DNA of 64,000 nt from Gemmatimonadales bacterium (GTDB taxonomy: Bacteria; Gemmatimonadota; Gemmatimonadetes; Gemmatimonadales; GWC2-71-9), in the NCBI GenBank assembly GCA_035517615.1, contig DATIYM010000007.1, forward strand, positions 166,402 through 230,401, given 5' to 3'. Under the pieces are notes generated by a model. It did no database searches. It saw nothing but the letters and a program-made list of their open reading frames with translations, and was not told the DNA's origin. Positions 27,806 to 37,259 of the stretch are shown here, piece after piece. The position numbers were made by a program, and so were the translations under genes. How positions within the stretch are numbered: position 1 is the first letter of the stretch; each line of letters starts with the position of its first letter.

Positions 27806-27830
27806 ATGCATCCTCTTGCATAAAGGTACA
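27797..27830 (+). promoter_or_regulatory. tandem ARG boxes (ArgR operator)
   Basis: TGTATTTTTATGCA-tcctct-TGCATAAAGGTACA. These are two 14-nt AT-rich imperfect palindromes in inverted orientation, resembling the ARG box TNTGAATWWWWATTCANW. They sit between argR and argG. Confidence 0.6.
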
Positions 27831-27838
27831 GGACCAAC

Positions 27839-29068
<1,230 letters not shown>

Positions 29069-30478
29069 ATGAGCGAGCCGCGCGTAGAATCCCCCACACA
29101 CCAAATGTGGGGCGGGCGGTTCGCCCTCGGCCCCAACGAAGCGCTCGATGCTCTGAACCGCAGCCTGCCCGTGGACCACCGGCTCTGGCCGCAGGATGTC
29201 GCCGCCAGTAAAGCCTGGGTCCACGCGCTCGGCCGGGTGGGCGTGCTGAATCCCACAGAAGAGAGTCAACTGCTCGAAGGGCTCGACCGTGTGGCCGAAC
29301 GACTGGCGGACGGCGCGGCCGTCGGCGCGCCGGACGAGGACGTGCACACGCTGGTAGAACGGCTGCTGTACGAGGAAGTCGGTCCGGTCGCGGGAAAGCT
29401 GCATACCGGTCGCTCGCGCAATGATCAGGTCGCGACGGATCTGCGGCTCTGGACACTCGAGGCAATCGATCAGATCGACGCCGACCTCGCTGCGTTCGGA
29501 CGCATGCTCGTCGCGCGCGCGCGCGAAGGCATTGACGAGCTCTTGCCCGGCTACACGCATTTGCAGCGCGCGCAACCGGTTCGCTGGGGCTACGTGCTCC
29601 TGGCCCACGCCTGGCCGCTCGTGCGCGACCGCCAACGCCTCGCCGACGCCCGGCGGCGCGTCGCCGAGTTGCCGCTCGGCTCCGGCGCGCTCGCGGGCTC
29701 CGGGTTCCCGGTCGACCGCGTGCTCCTGAAGGAAGCGCTCGGGTTCCGCGCGGTCTCGGCCAATGCGCTGGACGTGACGGGTGATCGCGACTTCGTGGCC
29801 GAAATGCTGTTCGCGCTCACGCTGGTCGGAGTGCATCTCTCCCGGCTCGCCGCCGAGATCGTGACCTACGCGAGCGCCGAGTTCGGGTTCGTAAAGCTGG
29901 CGGATGAGTTCTCGACCGGCTCGAGCCTGCTGCCGCAGAAACGCAATCCCGACGTGTTCGAGCTGACGCGCGCCAAATCGGCGCGGGTGCTGGGCGATCT
30001 GGTGGCGCTGCTCGCGACCTTGAAGGGTCTGCCGGCGGGTTACAGCAAGGACATGCAGGAAGACAAATCACTGCTGTTCGACGCCTTTGACACGCTCACC
30101 CTCGTGCTGCCCGCGCTCACCGGAGCCGTCGCCACGCTCACAGTCGATGGCGCGCGGATGCGCGCCGCGCTCGATTCCTCGCTGCGCGCGACGGATCTGG
30201 CCGATTTGCTGGTCGAAGCCGGCGTGCCGTTCCGCGAGAGCCACACGGTTGTCGGACGCCTGGTGCGTGAGGCGGAACGGACCGGCGTCCCGCTCGATCG
30301 GGTTTCGACCGTCATTGCGGGACAGATCCACCCGGCTCTCGTGCCCGCCCTGACCCAGCTCGGGAGCTGGGAAGACTCGGTCGAGAGCCGCGCTACGGCC
30401 GGCGGCTCGTCCCGGCAGTCGGTGGAGGATCAGCTGGAGGAGTTGCGGAAGGCGTTTGCGCCGGGAGTGTTAGCCTAG
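29069..30478 (+). CDS. argH: argininosuccinate lyase
   Basis: WGGRF N-terminus and the fumarate-lyase signature GSSLLPQKRNPD. The start abuts the argG stop. Confidence 0.95.
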   Translation: MSEPRVESPTHQMWGGRFALGPNEALDALNRSLPVDHRLWPQDVAASKAWVHALGRVGVLNPTEESQLLEGLDRVAERLADGAAVGAPDEDVHTLVERLLYEEVGPVAGKLHTGRSRNDQVATDLRLWTLEAIDQIDADLAAFGRMLVARAREGIDELLPGYTHLQRAQPVRWGYVLLAHAWPLVRDRQRLADARRRVAELPLGSGALAGSGFPVDRVLLKEALGFRAVSANALDVTGDRDFVAEMLFALTLVGVHLSRLAAEIVTYASAEFGFVKLADEFSTGSSLLPQKRNPDVFELTRAKSARVLGDLVALLATLKGLPAGYSKDMQEDKSLLFDAFDTLTLVLPALTGAVATLTVDGARMRAALDSSLRATDLADLLVEAGVPFRESHTVVGRLVREAERTGVPLDRVSTVIAGQIHPALVPALTQLGSWEDSVESRATAGGSSRQSVEDQLEELRKAFAPGVLA

Positions 30479-30510
30479 CGCGAGTTTACGGTCTTCTTGA
30501 CGTCTTTTTC

Positions 30511-31095
30511 TTGACGTCGTCATGTCCCGCTAAGTATCATACCCTCGTGCGCTGCCTCGCACTCAACGCGTCCTTCGAGCCGCTGACCATGGTGCCCGTG
30601 CGCCGGGCCCTTCGCCTCGTGATCGACCGCAAGGCCGAAATCGTCGAGGCCGACGGCTCGCTCGTGCACAGCGAACGAATGCAAATACCGCGACCTGCGG
30701 TCATTCGGCTCGTCAAGTTCGTGCACGTTCCCCGTCGTTTCCGCCGTCAAGTCACCAACACATTCCTCTTCGCCCGCGACAACTACCGCTGCCAGTTCTG
30801 CGGCCGCACGCAAGCCGAGCTCAAGACCCGTGAGTGCCTTACGCGCGACCATTTGGTGCCGCTCTCGCGCGGCGGGACGAACGCGTGGACCAACGTGCTC
30901 ACGGCGTGCTCGAGCTGCAACACGCGCAAGGGTAATCTGCTGCCCGAAGAAGCGGGCATGCATCCGTTGCGTGCGCCGGTCGAGCCGCACTTCGTGCATC
31001 TCGCGTGGGCCGTGCGCCGGCTGACGTCGATTCAGTCGAAGTACATCCGCACGTTCTACGGCGCGGACGTGCTGGCCACGCTCGAAACGCTGTGA
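30511..31095 (+). CDS. HNH endonuclease
   Basis: LALNASFEPL N-terminal region, then CQFCGR...DHLVPLSRGG...N..TACSSCNTRKG (HNH/CCCC Zn finger). The track start is TTG at 30511. GTG at 30547 (VRCLALNASFEPL) is an equally plausible start. Confidence 0.85.
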   Translation: MTSSCPAKYHTLVRCLALNASFEPLTMVPVRRALRLVIDRKAEIVEADGSLVHSERMQIPRPAVIRLVKFVHVPRRFRRQVTNTFLFARDNYRCQFCGRTQAELKTRECLTRDHLVPLSRGGTNAWTNVLTACSSCNTRKGNLLPEEAGMHPLRAPVEPHFVHLAWAVRRLTSIQSKYIRTFYGADVLATLETL

Positions 31096-31493
31096 AAAAC
31101 CGGACTCCCTGGGTGGTCGCGGGCGTAGCCGCGCTCGCACTCGGATTCTTGTTGCTGCGCCCGAAAACCGGCCACACCGTCGTCCATCCCGAGCCTCGGC
31201 CCGGGGTCACGAGCGACCACGTGCTGCCGTCGGGAATGGTGCCTCATGCCTCGCAGGCGCTCGAGGCGTACGAGGCCGCGCGTCGCAATCCCCAGCTGCT
31301 CGACGGGCTCTACTGTCACTGCGAGTGCAGCAAGTACTTCGGGCATCGTTCACTGTTGACCTGCTTCGAGTCGAATCACGGCGGGAACTGCGACATCTGT
31401 ATGGGTGAGGCGATTCTCGCGACCCAGCTCGCCGCCCGCGGCAACTCTCTCGCCCAGATCCGTCAAGCGATCGACGCGCAGTTCGGCAGTTAG
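31092..31493 (+). CDS. membrane-anchored Cys-rich protein, PCYCGC-motif-like
   Basis: The GTG at 31092 makes GTGA with the HNH stop. N-terminal TM WVVAGVAALALGFLLL. LYCHCECSKYFGHRSLLTCFESNHGGNCDICMGEA resembles the PCYCGC family pattern. Confidence 0.65.
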   Translation: MKNRTPWVVAGVAALALGFLLLRPKTGHTVVHPEPRPGVTSDHVLPSGMVPHASQALEAYEAARRNPQLLDGLYCHCECSKYFGHRSLLTCFESNHGGNCDICMGEAILATQLAARGNSLAQIRQAIDAQFGS

Positions 31494-32113
31494 CTTCCCT
31501 CGAGGGATCCGGATCGCGCTTCGAGCGTGAGCCGCGGCAGCCCGGCAATCCGTACCAGCACTCGTTGAGCACCCCGCACGACCGCATCACCCAGGTCGCC
31601 TTTTCCCGCGGCTGCGGGTGAGACGTCGCCTTTCAACCAGTGCTCGATCTCCTGCAGGTCCGTATCGTTCAGCGTGGAGACCTCGAGTCGGACCAGGTAG
31701 TAGAACGTCCCCGAGCCACGTACCGGAAGACTCACCTTGAACGGAATCGCGAGGGCCTGCGCCAGCTCGTCCCCCGTGGCGTAACGCCGGCTCACCCCCC
31801 CGGTGCGAATCAGGACGAAATCGTCGGCGAGCGGATCGTAGTGCGCCACCACGTCCCACGCGGTTTCGCTGACGTGCTCGTCGAACCACGTGGGGCGGCT
31901 GCGCCACAGCTCGAGCCGGTAGTGCAGCCGCAGCGGAAACCCCGAGCGCAAAAGCGCGAGAAATTTTCCGTCCGCGAGGAGATCGCTCGCCTGCACGCGC
32001 GGCACGCCCGCCTGGATTGTGATCGAGAGCGTGGCCGCGGGGGCCGCCGCAAGCATACCGGCCGACGGGATCGCGAACCCGAGCGAGACGAGAAACGCGA
32101 GCCGCGTCCGCAC
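31490..32113 (-). CDS. DUF4390 domain protein
   Basis: Signal peptide, then LRLHYRLELWRSRPTWFDEHV...FYYLVRLEVSTLNDTDLQEIEHW, which resembles DUF4390 proteins found next to NtrY/NtrX-type systems. Confidence 0.65.
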   Translation of the reverse strand: MRTRLAFLVSLGFAIPSAGMLAAAPAATLSITIQAGVPRVQASDLLADGKFLALLRSGFPLRLHYRLELWRSRPTWFDEHVSETAWDVVAHYDPLADDFVLIRTGGVSRRYATGDELAQALAIPFKVSLPVRGSGTFYYLVRLEVSTLNDTDLQEIEHWLKGDVSPAAAGKGDLGDAVVRGAQRVLVRIAGLPRLTLEARSGSLEGS

Positions 32114-32114
32114 T

Positions 32115-33857
32115 TCAGAACCGATGGTCGAGGCGCAGCGTGACGCGAACCGGCTCGCCCGACGTCACGGCCTTCGCGACATAGATCCCGAACCCACCCC
32201 AGTCGATTCCGAACCCCAGGTCGCCGATCCAGCTCCCGAGTGTCGGCAGCTTGTCGCTTGGGATGTGTCCGGGTCCGTGCCCCACGAGCCAGCCCTGCCC
32301 GGCGTCCCCGAGGACCACGAAATCCGGACCCGCGAGCGAGGCGAAGATCGATTTCGAGCCTTCATCCTCCGGGTGTGAGGCCCCGTACGCCCAGTGCAGC
32401 GATAGATGGCCGCGATACTCGACCTGGGTCAGGATCACGCGATCGCACGCCGCCACCCGCGTGTGCGCAAACGCCGAATCAACGATGTCGGCGCTGCACG
32501 ACGTGGCGCGGAAGCCGTAACCCGGAAGCGGATCGGGTCCGCCCATCGAGAGCCGCTGCTGCAGCGGCAACGGATCACCGCCCAGCCAGCCACCCGCGAG
32601 AAATCGCAGGTTGACGCGCCCCGACATGCTCACACGCGTGTAGCGCCGCACGTCGAACATCATGCGGCTGAATGCGTACGAGCCGTCGATGGGAATGGCG
32701 CGCCGCACCGACGCTGGGAGGGTCTGTGGCGACACGTCGTCGCTCCAGCTCTGCGACACCTCGGCATGCACCAGCCAGCCGGAGGTGGGCTGATCGTGAT
32801 CGTTGCGGGTGTCGAACGTCACGCTGCCAAGCAGCGTCGTATAGTGCCCCTGATCAATCGGGGGATTGGGCCGCCAGGGCACCGTATTGCGGAACACGGT
32901 CCACGGGTCGCGGGCCGGCACGCTTGTCTGCCATTCGCGCGACAGGTCGAGCGACAGGCCCAGCGGCCGCGTGGGCTGCGCGAAGAGCCGCCCGCCGATC
33001 CCGCGATTCATGTAGTAGTCGCGGTAATCGCGCTGGAACAGGAAGCTGGCCCACCCGACTTCATCGTCGTGGAGGCCCCACCGCTCGACCGGTGAGACCA
33101 CGCTATATCCGTTCAATCCGACACCGACGCCGGACCGGGCCCCGGTCCGGAGCTCGGTCCGAACGATGTAGCCCAGGTTCCCTGGTTCCCCGCCCACGTC
33201 GCCCACGGTGCGCGCGACCCCGAGGGCGTCGAGACGCAGCCGCATGTCGCCGTTCACGCCCCAGTCGAACTGCGGCCCCAGCACGATCGGGAGGCCTTCC
33301 ACGCGATTGAACGTCCCGCCCGTCGCGATCGTCAGCGTGGAACGCGACTCGGCGTTCTGCCAGCTCTTGTGAGCGCCGAAGAACGGCAGGTGGCGGCGAA
33401 ACGAGCGATCGAGCGCGATTTCCTCGCCGTTCGTGGTATACGCCAGCAGATCCCTGTAATGCCGCACTTGCCCGCCGACGCGGGCGCCGGGCGCCTGCAC
33501 GAGGCTCCCGCCGATGACCGTGAGATCGCCGGACACCTGGGCCGACGAATCGAGCGTCGCATCGCCGTTGATCACGAGCAGACTTCCCTGCACGCGACCC
33601 GCGAGCGTGACCGAGCCGTTGCGGATGGCCACATCGCCGCGCCATTCATTGCCCCGCGGCAGCGAGGTGCGGCCCACGAGCCGCGTGGTGCTGGGCGCAT
33701 TGAAAAGACGGATGGCTTCTTCGGCGGTCGCTTCGGCAAGCCCCGTGGTGGCGGTCGCGGCGAAGCTGTCCGGGTTGATGACGATCGCCGTATCCTGCGC
33801 GCGCGCCACGGCGGGCACGAGCGCGAGCAGCAGCAACGCGGGCGCACGCATGGTCAT
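32115..33857 (-). CDS. outer-membrane protein: N-terminal bactofilin-like beta-helix repeats + C-terminal Omp85/surface-antigen-like beta-barrel
   Basis: The ATG at 33857 (MTMRAPALLLLALVPAVARAQ signal peptide) makes ATGA with the regulator stop. GDVAIRNGSVTLAGRVQGSLLVINGDATLDSSAQVSGDLTVIGGSL are polymer-forming-cytoskeletal-type repeats. The long beta-rich C-terminus ends in RLDHRF (terminal Phe). Confidence 0.75.
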   Translation of the reverse strand: MTMRAPALLLLALVPAVARAQDTAIVINPDSFAATATTGLAEATAEEAIRLFNAPSTTRLVGRTSLPRGNEWRGDVAIRNGSVTLAGRVQGSLLVINGDATLDSSAQVSGDLTVIGGSLVQAPGARVGGQVRHYRDLLAYTTNGEEIALDRSFRRHLPFFGAHKSWQNAESRSTLTIATGGTFNRVEGLPIVLGPQFDWGVNGDMRLRLDALGVARTVGDVGGEPGNLGYIVRTELRTGARSGVGVGLNGYSVVSPVERWGLHDDEVGWASFLFQRDYRDYYMNRGIGGRLFAQPTRPLGLSLDLSREWQTSVPARDPWTVFRNTVPWRPNPPIDQGHYTTLLGSVTFDTRNDHDQPTSGWLVHAEVSQSWSDDVSPQTLPASVRRAIPIDGSYAFSRMMFDVRRYTRVSMSGRVNLRFLAGGWLGGDPLPLQQRLSMGGPDPLPGYGFRATSCSADIVDSAFAHTRVAACDRVILTQVEYRGHLSLHWAYGASHPEDEGSKSIFASLAGPDFVVLGDAGQGWLVGHGPGHIPSDKLPTLGSWIGDLGFGIDWGGFGIYVAKAVTSGEPVRVTLRLDHRF

Positions 33858-35236
33858 TCCGAGATCGCGCGCGGCGGCTCGAGTCCCAGCCGGCGCATGC
33901 GGCGGTACAGATTCGCCCGATCGGTCGCGAGCTTGCGCGCGGCTTCCGCCACGTTGCCACGCGCGGCGGACAGTGCCCGGGCAATCAGGATGCGCTCGTA
34001 CTGGTCGAGCGCGCTGGTCAATTCGGTATCCTGCCACTCTTGCTCCGGGTTGCCCTCGGCCTGAAGGCGCCCGTTGTGCGGCAGTACGCGGGCCACGTCA
34101 TCCGCGCCAATCACGGGGGCGATCGCGAGGATAGCCATGCGCTCGACCACATTGGCCAGCTCGCGGACGTTGCCGGGCCATGGGTAGGAGACCAGCAGCT
34201 CGAGCGCGCCGGTATCGAAGCGCACTTCGCGGCCGAGCCGCGCTTCCTGTTTGGCCACGAAGTGCTCGACCAGCGGCGCCACATCTTCGGGTCGCTCGCG
34301 CAGCGGCGGGATGCTGATCGGGATGACGTTGAGACGGAACAGCAGGTCCTCGCGGAATTGCCCCTGGTGGGCGGCGCGCAGCAAGTCCTTGTTGGTCGCG
34401 GCAATCACCCGGACGTCCACGGTTGTCACCTTCTCGCTTCCCAGCCGCTCGATCACGCCGGTTTCGAGCGCGCGGAGCAGCTTGGCCTGCGCGTCCGGGC
34501 CAAGATCGCCGACTTCGTCGAGGAGCAGCGTCCCGCCGTCCGCCAGCTCGAACCGGCCCAGCCGCCGCTCCGTCGCGCCCGTGAAGGCGCCGCGCTCGTG
34601 GCCGAACATCTCCGATTCCACGAGGTCCTTCGGGATGGCGGCGCTGTTCACGCACACGAACGGTCCCCGGGCGCGGGCGCTGTGGCGGTGAATGGCGGAA
34701 GCCACGAGCTCCTTGCCGGTGCCCGATTCGCCGGTGATGAGCACGCGCGCTTCAGTCGGGGCAATGCGCGCGATCAGCGCGCGCAGCCGCTCGATCGCGG
34801 GGCTCGCGCCGACGAGCGGGTCGCCATGGCCGAGCGCATCGTGCAACCGTCGATTCTCCGCGCGGGTTCTGGCCAGCTCGAGGGCGCCTCGCAGCGCCAC
34901 GAGCACCCCTTCAGGCGTGAGTGGCTTCTCGAGAAACTGAAACGCGCCGAGCCTCGTCGCGCGCACGGCGTCGTTCAACGTCGCCTTGCCGCTCATCATC
35001 ACGACCGGAATGTCGGGCGCCCGCTGCCGCAGCGATTCGAGGGTCTGCATGCCATCCGGTCCCGGTGGCATCAGGAGGTCGAGCAGGACAGCGTCCGGCG
35101 GGCGGTCGGCCACCGCATGCAGCGCAGCGGTTCCATTCGCGGCCAGGTCGGTTTCGAACCCTTCGGCGCCGAGCAGTGCGCTCAGCATGCGCCGGATATT
35201 GGGTTCATCATCAACCACGAGGACGCGCGGACTCAT
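33854..35236 (-). CDS. sigma54-dependent response regulator (NtrC/NtrX-like)
   Basis: Receiver motifs VLVVDDE and LLDLLMPP. AAA+ motifs GESGTGKE and GAFTGA. C-terminal Fis-type HTH GNVAEAARKL. Confidence 0.92.
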   Translation of the reverse strand: MSPRVLVVDDEPNIRRMLSALLGAEGFETDLAANGTAALHAVADRPPDAVLLDLLMPPGPDGMQTLESLRQRAPDIPVVMMSGKATLNDAVRATRLGAFQFLEKPLTPEGVLVALRGALELARTRAENRRLHDALGHGDPLVGASPAIERLRALIARIAPTEARVLITGESGTGKELVASAIHRHSARARGPFVCVNSAAIPKDLVESEMFGHERGAFTGATERRLGRFELADGGTLLLDEVGDLGPDAQAKLLRALETGVIERLGSEKVTTVDVRVIAATNKDLLRAAHQGQFREDLLFRLNVIPISIPPLRERPEDVAPLVEHFVAKQEARLGREVRFDTGALELLVSYPWPGNVRELANVVERMAILAIAPVIGADDVARVLPHNGRLQAEGNPEQEWQDTELTSALDQYERILIARALSAARGNVAEAARKLATDRANLYRRMRRLGLEPPRAISE

Positions 35237-36444
35237 GCAGGAAAAGTGAGGGTGAACGTCGCGCCGCCGCCCGGCGTTTCGCCCGCGTCGATCGACGCGC
35301 CATGCGCCTCGAGGGTCTGCCGCACCAGCGCGAGCCCCAGCCCCGTCCCGTCGGTTTTCGTGGTGAAGTATGGCTCGAATACCCGTTGGCGCAGATCGGA
35401 GGGGATGCCCTCACCGTGATCGGAGATCGTCACGATCAGCGGATGCGTGGAGATCCCTCCCGGGGTTCCGTTGCCAGTCACGGTGATGTCGATAGCTCCC
35501 TGGCCATGCATGGCTTCAGACGCGTTACGCAGCAGATTCGAGAACGCGCGCCGCAACGGATCGTAGTGACCCAGAAGCGAACGGCGAGCACCCTGCGCCT
35601 GCACGTTGACCTTCACGCCGTCGGGCACCGCTGTCTGTCCCAGCTCGAGCAGCAGCTCGACCACATCAACCTCACTCCGCGGTCCCTCGGCCAGCCGCCC
35701 GAAATCCGCGAATTCACGCGCCATGCGTTCCAGTCGTTCCGTCTCTGCCCCGAGCACCTCGATTGCCACCTCGGTGCGCTGGTCGGCCGGTCCACCGCTC
35801 CGCCCGAGCTGATCCACCGCGATCCGCATCGCCGTCAGCGGATTCTTGATCTCATGCGCGACCCGCCGCGCCACCTCGCGAAACGCCTTGAGGCGCTCCG
35901 CTTCAAGTTCCCGGACACGAGCGGTCTCGATCGCGGAGGCGAGGTCGCGCAGCGCTTGGCGCAACGCTTCGAATTCCGGCGCGCCGCGCGGTGGCGGGCC
36001 CTCGGGCAGTGGAAGGCGTCGTCTGATCAGCCGGGTCCAGCCCACGAGTCCATCGATCGGGCGCGACAGCTGCCGCGAGAGGTGTCCGGCGAGCCGCACG
36101 GCGGCGAACAACATCATGGCCCCCAGCAGTACGATGACCGCGAGGAAGCCGCCGGCGTAATAGCGAAAGTACGTTTCCGCCCGGCGCGCGAGACTGAGTG
36201 AATTCGACACCAGATCCAGATGCGCGCGCACAGCCGCCCGGCCGCTCGCATCGAGCGCGGTCGTGTCTACGTGCTGCAGCATCCGTCGCGTGGAGCCCGC
36301 GACTTCTTCCAGAGAAGCGCGGGCACCTGCCGCGGGCGCATTGACTCGGGCGGCCAGCGCCCATCCGATGACGGCAAGGAGGGTTGGCACCGCCGTCACC
36401 GCCGCAAGCACGAGGAAAATCCGCTGGCGGAACGAGAGCGGCAT
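35233..36444 (-). CDS. sensor histidine kinase (NtrY-like: 2 TM, HAMP, HisKA, HATPase)
   Basis: H-box VAHEIKNPLTAM, N-box NLLRNASEA, and G-boxes DHGEGIP / GTGLGLALV. ATGA overlap with the regulator. Confidence 0.9.
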   Translation of the reverse strand: MPLSFRQRIFLVLAAVTAVPTLLAVIGWALAARVNAPAAGARASLEEVAGSTRRMLQHVDTTALDASGRAAVRAHLDLVSNSLSLARRAETYFRYYAGGFLAVIVLLGAMMLFAAVRLAGHLSRQLSRPIDGLVGWTRLIRRRLPLPEGPPPRGAPEFEALRQALRDLASAIETARVRELEAERLKAFREVARRVAHEIKNPLTAMRIAVDQLGRSGGPADQRTEVAIEVLGAETERLERMAREFADFGRLAEGPRSEVDVVELLLELGQTAVPDGVKVNVQAQGARRSLLGHYDPLRRAFSNLLRNASEAMHGQGAIDITVTGNGTPGGISTHPLIVTISDHGEGIPSDLRQRVFEPYFTTKTDGTGLGLALVRQTLEAHGASIDAGETPGGGATFTLTFPA

Positions 36445-36505
36445 ATTGTGGCCATCAATCTAGGGTTAAAGTCAGGGTGCGACAATTCGACACAGGGGGC
36501 ACAGG

Positions 36506-36925
36506 ATGAAGTCGCATACGCACTATCTCTGGTTCACAACGAAGCAACGTCAGGAAATCATTGACGTTACAGAGAGCGTCGAGGAGCAGGTGCGGCACAG
36601 CGGCGTGGCCGAGGGATTCGTGCTCGTCTCCGCCATGCACATCACCGCATCGGTGTTCGTGAACGACCACGAGTCAGGCTTGTGGAGTGATATCCTGCGC
36701 TGGCTCGAGCAGACGATCGCCCCGTGGGACCCCGGTCGGTACCGCCACAACGAGACCGGCGAGGACAACGCCGCGGCACACCTCCGCAGCCTGACGATCG
36801 GTCACGAAGTGATCGTCCCGATCACCAAGGGCAACCTCGACCTCGGCCCCTGGCAGCGGGTGTTCTATGGCGAATGGGATGGCCAGCGCAAGAAGCGCTT
36901 GATAATCAAGGTGTTGGGCGACTAA
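36506..36925 (+). CDS. yjbQ: YjbQ/UPF0047 family secondary thiamine-phosphate synthase-like protein
   Basis: FVLVSAMHITASVFVNDHESGL and GPWQRVFYGEWDG motifs. 139 aa. Confidence 0.85.
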   Translation: MKSHTHYLWFTTKQRQEIIDVTESVEEQVRHSGVAEGFVLVSAMHITASVFVNDHESGLWSDILRWLEQTIAPWDPGRYRHNETGEDNAAAHLRSLTIGHEVIVPITKGNLDLGPWQRVFYGEWDGQRKKRLIIKVLGD

Positions 36926-37259
36926 CCCCCTTGTTCATTTGACTGCAAGTTGTTTATTATCAAGGTACTGAAGATGCGGGGTTGCATGGCTGGAGCTTCA
37001 ACATCAGGCAGCGCTTGGCCCACCGGCATGGAGCCGGATGATGTCGTGGCGCGCCGCGGTGAGATCGGCGTCCTGCCCGCAGTCCCTGCCGCACACAACG
37101 AGATGGGCGACAAGTAATTGAAACGCGTTCCAACGCGAAAGCAGTCGCCATTCACAACTTGCCCGAACTGACGGGCTCCCGCCGTTCTCCGGCTGTCGTA
37201 CACAGCTGGAGCGAGGTCGGGGTCTGCTCTGTTTGCGCACTCCGAATCGAGCATAACAC

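Noticed and set aside
36445-36505. Possible TPP riboswitch upstream of yjbQ (contains GGGTGC)
   Set aside because: Only 61 nt are available. The CTGAGA and ACCTGATCTGGATAATGCC-type core elements are absent.
36506-36925. yjbQ plus thiE in one window as a functional thiamine module
   Set aside because: The genes are 10 kb apart, on different transcription units, with unrelated genes between them. Co-occurrence within 64 kb is not evidence of linkage.
36974-37117. 47-codon ORF (MRGCMAGASTSGSAWPTGMEPDDVVARRGEIGVLPAVPAAHNEMGDK) in the long gap before the NYN gene
   Set aside because: It has a weak ribosome-binding context, and many A/T-ending codons in its first third are atypical for this genome. 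It has no motif. It is kept only as a possibility inside the leader/sRNA finding.
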